Assembly: GCA_963668355.1 (NCBI GenBank)
Contig: OY764265.1
Location: 2,656,001-2,720,000 of the forward strand
Length of the DNA stretch: 64,000 bases
Source: Bdellovibrionota bacterium
GTDB lineage: Bacteria > Bdellovibrionota_G > JALEGL01 > DATDPG01
Reading direction: 5' to 3'
The notes under the pieces were generated by a model, which ran no database searches, was not told the origin of the DNA, and saw only the letters and a program-made list of their open reading frames with translations. Positions 39,702 to 49,204 of this stretch are shown here, piece by piece. Positions within the stretch are counted from its first letter, which is position 1; every line of letters begins with the position of its first letter. The translations under genes were made by a program, and so were the position numbers.

Positions 39702-40778
39702 TCATTTTACAACGGTAAGGGCTCTAGATTTCTTGGCTTTTTCATCTTCCTCATTCATCAAAAGCGGGATGGCTTGGCGATCCTGTCGACGAATGGCCTT
39801 GAGAAAACTCTGTTCGATGCTGTCTTCCAATTCGTGGACTTTCCAGGCTTCCAGCCCCGGAGTCTCGACTTTTCCGCCGGCCATCAAACCATGTCCTCCG
39901 CCCATGCCTTTGCCCCGCAGGAGACGCTTCATCAAGGATCCGGCATTCTTTCTCACATTGGTCGTTCGAATGGAAAGGTGAATGGCATTTTCATACTGCC
40001 CCATGGACAAAACCCACGTGGCTCCCTCCAAACGAAGCATCAAGTCGGCGATTTCGGGAATAACATCCGGATTATCCACCACGCCCATACGCGTCACCAC
40101 CGCATTTCCCACCAAACGAGCATTTTGAATGGCATTCCGAAGCCAACGAAAATAATTTCGAGACACGCGCGAATTTACGATCTTGGCCAGGACTCGACGA
40201 TCCGCAATCGGAAGGAGCTTCATATAGTGGTCCATGTCCACTTTCCGCGCCTCTCTCCCCAAATCCTGGGTTTCAGAGCGAATGCCGTAGAGCAATGCGG
40301 TAGCCAAGCGTGGCGCAATTTCCAGATCGAAGTGATAGAGGTATTCCGCCATGATCGTTGCGGTGGCCCCATAATCCAAGCGAACGTCCACAAAGGGGAC
40401 CTTGCGTGTAGGCGCAATCACGGGATGGTGATCCAAAACCAAATCCGGGACCCGTCTCTTGGGCAACGAATTGTTCCCCGTTTGGGGCTGCGTATCCACC
40501 ATCGCAATTTTCGTATAATCCTTCACCTTCACGCGATCGAGCTTGCGCAACTTCAATTTCAAGTACTTCACCATATGGGCATTTTCCGACCGGCCAATGA
40601 TGCCTCCATAGGCGATGGTGGTCTTCTTCACACCAAACACCTTCGCTAGAAATTGAAGGGCCGCCGCACTGGATATGGAATCCGGATCTGGGTGATCATG
40701 CGCAATGATCAACAAAGAGTCCTTCTCTTTGAGAGAATCAAAAAATTTTTCAAGTATGGTGGGTTGATCGGAGTTCAT
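39702..40778 (-). CDS. DHH/DHHA1 phosphoesterase (NrnA-like)
   Basis: HDHPDPD, VDT, DHH, GATAT, SIR, GGGH..AG. ATG 40778 preferred. Confidence 0.88.
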   Translation of the reverse strand: MNSDQPTILEKFFDSLKEKDSLLIIAHDHPDPDSISSAAALQFLAKVFGVKKTTIAYGGIIGRSENAHMVKYLKLKLRKLDRVKVKDYTKIAMVDTQPQTGNNSLPKRRVPDLVLDHHPVIAPTRKVPFVDVRLDYGATATIMAEYLYHFDLEIAPRLATALLYGIRSETQDLGREARKVDMDHYMKLLPIADRRVLAKIVNSRVSRNYFRWLRNAIQNARLVGNAVVTRMGVVDNPDVIPEIADLMLRLEGATWVLSMGQYENAIHLSIRTTNVRKNAGSLMKRLLRGKGMGGGHGLMAGGKVETPGLEAWKVHELEDSIEQSFLKAIRRQDRQAIPLLMNEEDEKAKKSRALTVVK

Positions 40779-40950
40779 TTGGAAATTCAAGAAGCCTGTT
40801 TTTGAGATCCCCAGTATAGCCCTTTCCCAGACACCCACAAGAACCCGGAGGATAAAAAAAAGGCAACCCCGTGGAATGTTTGCCAAGTTTACAAACTTTA
40901 TGCCAAATTTCCTTGATTTATCTCATAAGAAAACGGTAGGAAGCCTAGCC

Positions 40951-42162
40951 ATGAAGGATGAAACCCTGAATAACCCTGAAGTAAAGGAAACTCCCGACCA
41001 AAAACTCGACCAAATGATCGAGAAGGGAAATGTCGATTTCTATTTCCGCCCCGGATTAGAAGGCATTCCAGCCTGTCAGTCCAATATCGGATACATTGAT
41101 GGCGTTCGAGGCATCCTGGAATACCGCGGCGTACGAATCGAAGAGTTGGCGGAAAAATCGAATTTTGAAGAAGTCTCTTTTCTCCTTCTACACGCCAAAC
41201 TCCCCAAAGCCGACTTCCTCAAAAAATGGACGCTCGATCTCACTCGGCACCGAAGACTTCCGGAGGGACTCTTGGACACCCTTCGCAGATACCCACAAAC
41301 GGCTCATCCCATGGAGGTGTTGCAATCTGCGGTAGCCGCGATGGGCATGTACTACCATGGTGACGACGTTTCCGAAGAGGAGGAACGCTTCCACTCCATT
41401 TGTCGAATCATCGCCAAAATCCCCACCATCATTGGCGCCTTTCATCGCATTCGAAACGGAGAAGAGCCCATTTTGCCGAATGACGATCTCTCTCACTCCG
41501 CCAATTTTTTATACATGGTGACGGGAAAGGTTCCGTCTGAACGAGAAGCCAGACTCTTTGACGCCTGCCTCATTCTCCATGCCGAACATGGTTTAAATGC
41601 GTCTACCTTTGCAGCCAGAGCTGTAGGCTCAACATTGGCAGATCCATACGCTGTGGCATCCAGTGCCATCGCCTCCTTGAGTGGCCCTTTACATGGAGGA
41701 GCCAACGAACGGGTCATCAACATGTTTCGAGAAATTGAAACCATTGAAAATGTTCGCCCCTGGGTGGAAAAAGCTGTAGCCGAAAAACGTCGGATTATGG
41801 GCCTGGGACATCGGGTCTATAAGACCAAGGATCCACGCGCTTACGTTTTGGAAACCATGGCTGAAGAAGTATTCCAAGGAAGCAATGATCGATGCCTTAT
41901 GCTGGCGATGGAAGTTGAAAAAGTGGCCGGTGAGATGCTCGGTTCCAAGGGAATTTTCTCGAACGTCGATTTTTATTCTGGCCTGGTCTATCGCCAATTG
42001 GGCTTCACAGAAGACCTGTTCACAACCATTTTCGCCGCGGCTCGATCAGCCGGTTGGTTGGCCCATTGGTTGGAACAGCTAGAAGGCAATCGGATTTACC
42101 GACCCACGCAAATCTATCAAGGGGATCGAAATATGCCCTACATCCCCGCGGAAGAGCGTTAA
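40951..42162 (+). CDS. gltA: Citrate synthase
   Basis: LEYRG, HAEHGLNASTF, GPLHGGAN, MGLGHRVYK..DPR, NVDFYSG. Confidence 0.93.
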   Translation: MKDETLNNPEVKETPDQKLDQMIEKGNVDFYFRPGLEGIPACQSNIGYIDGVRGILEYRGVRIEELAEKSNFEEVSFLLLHAKLPKADFLKKWTLDLTRHRRLPEGLLDTLRRYPQTAHPMEVLQSAVAAMGMYYHGDDVSEEEERFHSICRIIAKIPTIIGAFHRIRNGEEPILPNDDLSHSANFLYMVTGKVPSEREARLFDACLILHAEHGLNASTFAARAVGSTLADPYAVASSAIASLSGPLHGGANERVINMFREIETIENVRPWVEKAVAEKRRIMGLGHRVYKTKDPRAYVLETMAEEVFQGSNDRCLMLAMEVEKVAGEMLGSKGIFSNVDFYSGLVYRQLGFTEDLFTTIFAAARSAGWLAHWLEQLEGNRIYRPTQIYQGDRNMPYIPAEER

Positions 42163-42186
42163 AAACGGAAAGAAACGCGCAAAAAA

Positions 42187-42672
42187 CTAGCGGCGCATGG
42201 ATTCCAGGGTTTGGTATTCATCGAGCAAAAGATTTTTTCGAAAAATCAGGCTCTCCCGAGATCCTGAGGACATAATATGGGTATCCGACATCACGATGGC
42301 ATCTTTTGGACACGACTCCTCACAGAGGCCACACACAATGCACCGACCCATGTCGATCGTAAATTCAGCGGGAACTCGTTCCCTTTCTTCAATTTTTTCA
42401 CATTCGCCGATTTTGATCGTAATGGCATCTGGAGGACAAACCACCTCGCATAACTTACATGCGACACACTTTTCAACGCCATCGTTTCCATTTACCAACC
42501 TCGGAAATCCGCGATATTTTTCCGGAAATTTCCACCGTTCTTCCGGAAATTGAAGCGTCACTTTCTTTCGAAAGAGATGACTGGCCGTCACCTTTAAACC
42601 GCGAAAAATTCCGGGAAAAAAAAGACGATCCCAGAATGAAAGATTGGGTCTAGGAGATGTAATTACCGCCAC
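42187..42672 (-). CDS. nuoI: NADH-quinone oxidoreductase subunit I
   Basis: VTLQFPEE, YRG, two CxxCxxCxxxCP [4Fe-4S] motifs. Confidence 0.92.
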   Translation of the reverse strand: MAVITSPRPNLSFWDRLFFPGIFRGLKVTASHLFRKKVTLQFPEERWKFPEKYRGFPRLVNGNDGVEKCVACKLCEVVCPPDAITIKIGECEKIEERERVPAEFTIDMGRCIVCGLCEESCPKDAIVMSDTHIMSSGSRESLIFRKNLLLDEYQTLESMRR

Positions 42673-44618
42673 TGCGCCCTCTCTAAGTAAGCATAGGTTT
42701 CCTTGGATTCGGGAATTTCCTCTAAACGTTTCGGATAAAGAGGAAGCTGATTGGAAACGTTTTCATACATTTGACTGAGTTCCAGTTTTTTGTTTCCCGT
42801 CAAAGCGTTGGTTAATGCGGATAAAAATTCTAAGGTTTGGAATCCCTTCCTCACAACACGTGTGGAACGTCGAAGGCGCCTCAAGCGTCCAAATGTATTG
42901 GTATACGTCCCCTTCTTTTCCAAAAATGTGTCCAGAGGAATATGCCAATGAGCCCCCTCTACACAGTTTTCATCCTCCGTCGCCATCTGCGCAAAAAGCT
43001 TCATTCCCTTAAAATATTCCGCATATTTCTCAGGTTCATTTACGGAGCCAATCCAAAGAATCCCATCAACCCGGCCTTGCTGGATCTCCTTTTCCAAAAG
43101 CGTGTCGGAAAAGGTTTTATCATCCCATTGATCCAACATGCCCCGCGTATTTGCTCCACTCAAAAGCAGAGAGAATTTCCATCCTTCTGGACAGGATTTA
43201 AACCAATTTCGAATGCCGGATTCCGTTTCGGAGGAAACCCACTGATCGGATATCAGCATGTGCACCTTTCGGGCTTCGCTAAATGCCTCATGGGATTTGG
43301 ATTGGAGTTTCTTGAAAAACTTTTGAATATCTGCCGGAGAATCGGAGACCTCAATATGCCCTTTCCGCACATCTTCGAAGCCCAAAGAGCCACTGCCCAC
43401 CGTGAACAAATCAATTTGTTTTGCGGCCAACATTCTTCTCAACCTCAAGAGCAGGACGGGATGATCTTTTTCGAGATTCTCCCCCGCCAAGATTACTGTG
43501 TCTGCATGATCCAGATCTTTGGGGAAGTGAGCCTCTCGATCGCTGGCCTTTAGAGACGCATAGACCTGATGCAACGCTTCTTTAGGTTGAACAAACAAAC
43601 GGCCTGAAGTTACATCAACCATTTGATGAAGAGCGTAGATCTCTTCATTGGTCAATGTGCTGTCCGCCGCAATCACGAAAGAGCCATCCGAGAGTTTTTG
43701 AATCTCTTCTTTTAAGGTCTCAACATATTCTTCAAGGCTTCCGGTATAACTTTCCCCACTCGTTCTTCTGGGCTCCGTGAGGCGATTCCCTTTCAGATTT
43801 TTCTTTATACTGAATCTCCCACGATCACATAACCACCATTCATTCACTCCCCCTTCCACCCGAGGAGTCATTCGAAGAACATTCAATTTCTTAGTCCAAG
43901 TTTGAACCGAGCAGCCCAAACTGCATTCCCCACAAATGGTATCCACCGTTTTGAGTTCCCAAGGTCTCGCCTGAAATCGAAATTCTCGGCTTGTGAGAGC
44001 CCCCACGGGACAAATGTCTGGAAGATTCCCTGTGAAGCCATTCGTCAGGGGCTTTCCTTCAGGCACAAAGATTTCCGTAACCACCCCACGATTTCGAAAC
44101 TGCAACTCTTCTCGCCCCGTGAGATTTCGTAAAAATCGAACACACCGATTGCAAAGAACACAACGCTCTTTGTCCAGCATGATGTGATCACTGATCACTT
44201 GGTGTTTGTCTTTGTGAACCTTTTCAAATTCCATTCGACTATTGGATTGGCCGGAGTCCAAAGCAAAGTTTTGCAACGGACACTCCCCCCCCTTATCGCA
44301 AATGGGGCAATCCAGGGGGTGGTTCAGAAGAAAGAATTCCATCACCCCTCTTCGAGCCTCTTCCACCTCAGGGGTATTCGTTCGAACGACCAAACCCTCC
44401 TTCACGACAACATTGCAGGATGGTTGGAGATTTCGAAGCCCTTCAACTTCCACCAGACAGAGGCGACAACTTCCCTCGACGCCAATCCCCGGATGATAAC
44501 AAAAATGTGGAATATCGATTCCTTCATTGAGAGCCACTTGAAGAACGTTCTCTCCTTCTGGCGCCTGAACTTCCCGACCGTTCAACGTCAGCTTTACCAT
44601 TTTCTCCGTCATCGCCAC
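42663..44618 (-). CDS. nuoG: NADH-quinone oxidoreductase subunit G
   Basis: FCYH...CRLC (N1b), NHPLDCPICDKGGEC (N5), CVLCNRC (N4), CGECSLGC (N7), molybdopterin-oxidoreductase-like tail with GTYTN..GR. Confidence 0.9.
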   Translation of the reverse strand: MAMTEKMVKLTLNGREVQAPEGENVLQVALNEGIDIPHFCYHPGIGVEGSCRLCLVEVEGLRNLQPSCNVVVKEGLVVRTNTPEVEEARRGVMEFFLLNHPLDCPICDKGGECPLQNFALDSGQSNSRMEFEKVHKDKHQVISDHIMLDKERCVLCNRCVRFLRNLTGREELQFRNRGVVTEIFVPEGKPLTNGFTGNLPDICPVGALTSREFRFQARPWELKTVDTICGECSLGCSVQTWTKKLNVLRMTPRVEGGVNEWWLCDRGRFSIKKNLKGNRLTEPRRTSGESYTGSLEEYVETLKEEIQKLSDGSFVIAADSTLTNEEIYALHQMVDVTSGRLFVQPKEALHQVYASLKASDREAHFPKDLDHADTVILAGENLEKDHPVLLLRLRRMLAAKQIDLFTVGSGSLGFEDVRKGHIEVSDSPADIQKFFKKLQSKSHEAFSEARKVHMLISDQWVSSETESGIRNWFKSCPEGWKFSLLLSGANTRGMLDQWDDKTFSDTLLEKEIQQGRVDGILWIGSVNEPEKYAEYFKGMKLFAQMATEDENCVEGAHWHIPLDTFLEKKGTYTNTFGRLRRLRRSTRVVRKGFQTLEFLSALTNALTGNKKLELSQMYENVSNQLPLYPKRLEEIPESKETYAYLERAQWR

Positions 44619-44640
44619 TCTCCGAACTTACCCCACACGA

Positions 44641-46428
44641 TCATCGATCACACTCTCCCATCACCGGATCCAAACTCGCCACCGTTGTCACCGCATCCGC
44701 AATCTTTAAACCGGGAAGAACCTCGGATAAGAGTTGAAGGTTTGTAAAAGAGGGGGATTTAATTCGCAGGCGATATGCATTGGGCCCGCCTTCCGAAACA
44801 ACATAAAAGCCCAATTCCCCTTTGGGAGCTTCGATGGAGTGATACGCCTTCTTTCCTGCGGGAGGCATAAAACCACTGCCAATAATTTTAAAATGATAAA
44901 TCAACTCTTCCATGCTCGTAAAAATTCGATCTCGTGGAGGAAGAACCACTCCCGGAACATCCGAATTCAAAGGACCATCGGGCATCTTTTGAATGGCTTG
45001 CCGCACCAACCGAATGGATTGTCGCATTTCAATCATTCGAACCATATAGCGGTCATACGCATCCCCGGCCGTTCCCACAGGGACATCAAAATCCAACTGA
45101 TCATACGCAAGGTAAGGATGATCTTTTCGAAGATCCAGAGGAATACCGGCAGCGCGTGCAATGGGTCCCGTGATCCCATATTGACGACACAGATCCTGAT
45201 TGATCACCCCAATATTCTCCGTTCGATGTACCCAAATGGCATTCTTGTTTAAAAGGGTTTCCGCTTCATCTAAAACCCTCTCAACATTTGGAAGCCAGTC
45301 CAAAATCTCTTGCATCCACCCTTCCGGCATATCTCGGGCCAATCCACCGACGCGAGCATAAGCCGTCAACATTCTGGATCCTGCTAATTTCTCTTGAAGC
45401 GCATAAATATTTTCGCGCTCTTGAAACGTATGGAAAAAGATGGTCGCCGCACCCAGGTCCAAAGCATATGTACCCAAGCTCAATAGATGCGCGGAAAGAC
45501 GTGAAAGTTCACAACATAGGGTTCGAAGCATCTGATTTCGAGGCGTCAACTCAATATCCATCAACTTCTCCACCGCCATCACATAGGCGATGTTGTTGTT
45601 CAGAGCCGCCATATAATCCAAACGATCCGTATAAGGAATGAATTGGTGATAGGTTCGGTTCTCTCCCAACTTTTCAAAACCACGGTGTAAATAACCTACA
45701 TGAGGATGCGCCTTAACGATGGTCTCCCCATCAACCTCCAATACCAAGCGCAACACGCCGTGTGTACTTGGATGGGAAGGTCCCATATTGATAATCATCG
45801 TCTGTTTTTGGGTCGGTTTCTCGTCCGTCGGAAGCGTCGTCAGCTCAACATCCGGCACATACCCTTGGGCCCGAGAAACCAAATTGATTTTTCCACTGGC
45901 TTGCGCTTGTTTTTGAATTTGCATCAAGCCTTGAAGAACCCCTTCCGGCCTAGGAGGGCAACCGGGAACATAGACATCCACTGGAATCACATGATCCAAG
46001 CCCTGAACAACCGGATAGCTATCAAACATGCCTCCCGTAATCAGACATGCGCCCATCGCCATGACCCATTTGGGTTCTGGCATTTGGTCGTAAATCTGAC
46101 GAACCGCCGGAGCCATCTTCTTGGTTAACGTGCCGGCAACAATCATGAGGTCGGCTTGGCGAGGAGAAAATCGAAGCGCTTCAGAACCGAATCGAGCGGC
46201 ATCATATTTCGACGCCACAAAAGCCATCATTTCAATCGCGCAACAAGAAATCCCCATTGGCATCGGCCACAAAGAATTTTTTCGTCCCCAATTGATGAGA
46301 TCAGCTACGCGAGTCGTAAAAATTTCCACGCCGCCTTCACCTTTTTTGGCGGTCCCCTCTTTTTGAATGGGGATGTGGCTTGGAAGTTCCTGTTTCATGA
46401 GAGCGTATTGATACGCGAATCCAAACAA
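44641..46428 (-). CDS. NuoB-NuoD fusion protein without NuoC domain
   Basis: NuoB ([20 protein letters not shown]), about 30-aa linker, then NuoD ([36 protein letters not shown]). Alternative start 46398. Confidence 0.9.
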   Translation of the reverse strand: MFGFAYQYALMKQELPSHIPIQKEGTAKKGEGGVEIFTTRVADLINWGRKNSLWPMPMGISCCAIEMMAFVASKYDAARFGSEALRFSPRQADLMIVAGTLTKKMAPAVRQIYDQMPEPKWVMAMGACLITGGMFDSYPVVQGLDHVIPVDVYVPGCPPRPEGVLQGLMQIQKQAQASGKINLVSRAQGYVPDVELTTLPTDEKPTQKQTMIINMGPSHPSTHGVLRLVLEVDGETIVKAHPHVGYLHRGFEKLGENRTYHQFIPYTDRLDYMAALNNNIAYVMAVEKLMDIELTPRNQMLRTLCCELSRLSAHLLSLGTYALDLGAATIFFHTFQERENIYALQEKLAGSRMLTAYARVGGLARDMPEGWMQEILDWLPNVERVLDEAETLLNKNAIWVHRTENIGVINQDLCRQYGITGPIARAAGIPLDLRKDHPYLAYDQLDFDVPVGTAGDAYDRYMVRMIEMRQSIRLVRQAIQKMPDGPLNSDVPGVVLPPRDRIFTSMEELIYHFKIIGSGFMPPAGKKAYHSIEAPKGELGFYVVSEGGPNAYRLRIKSPSFTNLQLLSEVLPGLKIADAVTTVASLDPVMGECDR

Positions 46429-46457
46429 CTCGACAACCCCCCAATATCAAAAGAAAA

Positions 46458-46979
46458 TCACTTTACTTGCGGGGGAGCGTTGGTCCGAAAAATGTTCCTT
46501 CCAACCGGAATCCTTGGAAGCAAATCTTCGGGAGATAACGACCCCACAAAGGCCTCTTTCTCTGATACCAAGAGGGTGCCCTTCCGATCTCCAGACGAAT
46601 TTCGCAAAATCTTAAAAGAGGTTCCCACGATATCGACGCATCCTCCGGTCCGAAGATGGTGGGAGATCATGGGCGATTTCACACCGCACAACCCGGCGAT
46701 CTCCCCCCTGGACGGCAATCGGTTTAAGTCCAGCAAGTCGTCTTCATGCGCCCACACCTCAACTCGGAACCGACTGGCCAACTCAGCAGCCCGAGCGGCC
46801 TCCGACAAGTTTCCAGACAACAAGAAAATTCCCTTTAAAGAAAGATCTTTATGACTAAGTTCTTCAAGCAAAAATTGAATTTTTTGGCCCGAGTTGACGA
46901 GAACGGCCTCCTGAGAATCGGGAGAAACGCATAGATATGAAACGTGCCTCCAGTCGCCAGCATGTAAGGGAAGAATCAT
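46458..46979 (-). CDS. Degenerate metallo-beta-lactamase-fold (glyoxalase II/YcbL-like) protein
   Basis: Layout SYL...EAVLVNSG...LKGIFLLSGNLSE...VWAHEDD parallels the family but lacks HxHxDH. Confidence 0.55.
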   Translation of the reverse strand: MILPLHAGDWRHVSYLCVSPDSQEAVLVNSGQKIQFLLEELSHKDLSLKGIFLLSGNLSEAARAAELASRFRVEVWAHEDDLLDLNRLPSRGEIAGLCGVKSPMISHHLRTGGCVDIVGTSFKILRNSSGDRKGTLLVSEKEAFVGSLSPEDLLPRIPVGRNIFRTNAPPQVK

Positions 46980-47021
46980 GGAAGAACTTTACCAGAATCT
47001 CGCAACTGTTAAGAAGGGGGC

Positions 47022-48053
47022 ATGAAAGCTCTTCAATACAAAAACCACGGTGGACCGGAAGTCATTCAAATGGTGGACGTTCCAGAGCCCTCCCCCAAAT
47101 CCCACGAACTTTTGATCCGAATCGAAGCAACCAGCCTCAACCACCTGGATATTCATGTTCGAAGAGGCCTTCCAGGCGTCAAAATTCCCCTTCCCCATAT
47201 CCCCGGTTGCGACGGGGCCGGTGTAATCGAGGCCGTCGGAAGCCAAGTTGAAGGCTGGGAACCTGGACAACGTGTGGTGATCGACCCAAGTTTGTCCTGT
47301 GGAAATTGTGATCGCTGCCATGAGGGCGACATTAGCTCCTGTCATCAATACAAAATCATAGGAGAACACACCGACGGGACCTGTGCTGAAAAAATCGTGA
47401 TTCCCGCACAAAACGCCGTTCGACTTCCAGATCGTTTTGAGGCCAAAACGGCTGCTGCGGCCGGTCTGGTTTTCCTTACGGCTTGGCATATGGTCGTCAC
47501 CAAAGGACAGGTAAAACCAGGAGACTGTGTTCTTGTGATGGGAGCGGGAAGCGGCGTCAGCATGGCCGCCATTCAAATCGCAAAACGGATCGGAGCCGAG
47601 GTCATCACAACCGCTGGAAGCACTGAAAAGGCCAACAAAGCTAAGGATTTACTCGGAGTTTCAGAAGTTATTCTTTACCAAGAGGAGTCCATTGATCGAG
47701 CCATTCGAAAACTCACTTCCAAGCGTGGCGTGGATGTCATCATTGACCATGTTGGGGGGGAGCAATGGATTCCTCTTCTTCGCTCTCTTCGGAACGGAGG
47801 CACCTTGGTAACATGCGGGTGCACAGCTGGATATGAACCCAAAGAGGATCTCCGCCAAATTTTCTTTCGGCAGCTTCGAATCTTGGGATCTACCATGGGA
47901 AATCATTCGGAATTCAAGAAAGTTATGGCTTTGGTTTTCAACCAACAGTTAAACCCTATCCTGGATTCGGAATATGCCTTCGAAGACATGGCTAATGCTC
48001 AAAAACGGATGGAGGAACGAAAATCCTTCGGCAAAATCGTCTTAACTCCCTAG
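47022..48053 (+). CDS. Zinc-binding MDR-family dehydrogenase/quinone oxidoreductase
   Basis: GGPEV, LNHLD, PHIPGCDGAG, CGNCDRC...C structural Zn site, GAGSGV, FGKIVL. Confidence 0.9.
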   Translation: MKALQYKNHGGPEVIQMVDVPEPSPKSHELLIRIEATSLNHLDIHVRRGLPGVKIPLPHIPGCDGAGVIEAVGSQVEGWEPGQRVVIDPSLSCGNCDRCHEGDISSCHQYKIIGEHTDGTCAEKIVIPAQNAVRLPDRFEAKTAAAAGLVFLTAWHMVVTKGQVKPGDCVLVMGAGSGVSMAAIQIAKRIGAEVITTAGSTEKANKAKDLLGVSEVILYQEESIDRAIRKLTSKRGVDVIIDHVGGEQWIPLLRSLRNGGTLVTCGCTAGYEPKEDLRQIFFRQLRILGSTMGNHSEFKKVMALVFNQQLNPILDSEYAFEDMANAQKRMEERKSFGKIVLTP

Positions 48054-48182
48054 ATGGGAGTGTTGAATAACTGAAGGGTTTGGGGGGGGTCGGAAGTGTT
48101 TCGTTTTCTCCGTCGAATGGCTCCCGCGACTTCAGACTTCTCACTTCTGAGGATTTTCGTAGTTATTCAACGGCGCCTAGAT
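48050..48182. mobile_element. Possible small MITE with direct-repeat flanks
   Basis: Perfect 11-bp IR GTTGAATAACT (48062-72)/AGTTATTCAAC (48161-71); CTAGAT at 48050-55 and 48177-82. Confidence 0.5.
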
Positions 48183-48195
48183 CAGAAATCCGAAT

Positions 48196-48239
48196 AAAAA
48201 AATGGCACCTGCTCGCATGGCGGTGCAAACAAGTGCCAT
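48196..48239 (-). terminator. Probable intrinsic terminator of the lipoprotein gene
   Basis: ATGGCAC...GTGCCAT stem followed on the minus strand by a T7 run. Confidence 0.55.
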
Positions 48240-48263
48240 CATCGTATGGAGGTTAAAAAACGA

Positions 48264-48950
48264 TTATTTGGAGCCAATCAAATCGATTTCATAAATCAAT
48301 CCTGGAGGAATCTCTCCTTTTCCAGGTTCGACTTGTTTGAAGGTAAACTCTGAGGCATTACCAAAAGAATCAGCTGTAAGTTTCAACAACCCTTTGTCTT
48401 TTTCCGTCTGTTCAAATTCGAAATTTAAGGTTTCGAATTCCCAGTTTCCCCAGGAATCAACTTTGAGTTTTCCTGCCGGACGAATCGATTTTTCGGATTC
48501 TCCCAGTTTGACGCGAAGGCTTTTAAACGACCAGGTTTTTCCAAACAACCCCTCTTCTTGGTTCTCTGTTCGCAGCGTAATTGCGTCTGGCTTGGCCTTG
48601 GATCGATCTTCTGAATTCAACTCTTTCAAACAAGCTTGGACCAATCCTTGAAAGGGGTATTCGTTACCTTCAGGCTTTCTCCATCGAATCTCTAGATCTT
48701 CATCCTTTTCCAATAGATGAGCTCGAATGGGTCCCTTCTCAATCACTATCGACGCAAGCACCCTCTCCGGATCTCCCTGTCCCCTGGTTTGAGCTTGGGC
48801 TGAGGCTCTCGTTTCGGCACCTTGTTCGGTTCCGTCTTCAGCATCTCCACCGTCTGGCTTCTGTGCCTGTTTCACGCCGCCACAGGCCACGGTCAAAGAA
48901 AGCGCCATCAACATAATTAAACTGGTTTTCCACAAAGTATTCATCAGCAT
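48264..48950 (-). CDS. Hypothetical lipoprotein
   Basis: AAGGAG RBS; lipobox TVAC-GG; flexible linker; no family recognised. Confidence 0.72.
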   Translation of the reverse strand: MLMNTLWKTSLIMLMALSLTVACGGVKQAQKPDGGDAEDGTEQGAETRASAQAQTRGQGDPERVLASIVIEKGPIRAHLLEKDEDLEIRWRKPEGNEYPFQGLVQACLKELNSEDRSKAKPDAITLRTENQEEGLFGKTWSFKSLRVKLGESEKSIRPAGKLKVDSWGNWEFETLNFEFEQTEKDKGLLKLTADSFGNASEFTFKQVEPGKGEIPPGLIYEIDLIGSK

Positions 48951-48975
48951 TTTCTCCTTGTGCAACCGTCAAAAA

Positions 48976-49019
48976 AGCAAAGACCGGGCCAAAAAGAATG
49001 AAATTTTAACTGGTTGATT
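48976..49019 (-). promoter_or_regulatory. Putative sigma54 promoter with IHF site
   Basis: Minus strand TGGCCCGGTCTTTGCT (48976-91) and AATCAACCAGTTA (49007-19), an exact WATCAANNNNTTR match. Confidence 0.75.
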
Positions 49020-49204
49020 TTTCAGGATTTCTCTTTGGAGACCCTTCTAAGTGGATGGAAACAACGCCCCTTCAAGTCCCCAAATGCGTCCCCCACGTCC
49101 CGAAAAAGTTTCCTTTGGGAATAAGGGTTTACAGTTCCTCGAAGAACCGTTACCAAGAACCCCAACATTCATGTAGGCCAAAACCTACCTGGGAGGGTAT
49201 TGAT

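Noticed and set aside
39774..40649. 291-aa plus-strand ORF
   Set aside because: Antisense shadow of the DHH gene.
40890..40905. Sigma54-like TGGCATAAAGTTTGTA toward the DHH gene
   Set aside because: Lacks the conserved -12 GC; too weak to call.
44641..46428. Group 4 NiFe hydrogenase
   Set aside because: No CxxC pairs in the large-subunit part; has NuoD quinone-site His/Tyr motifs.
46428..46460. Sec read-through fusing the MBL-like gene to nuoBD
   Set aside because: The TGA-terminated frame is not in frame with nuoBD; no selenoprotein candidate seen elsewhere in the window.
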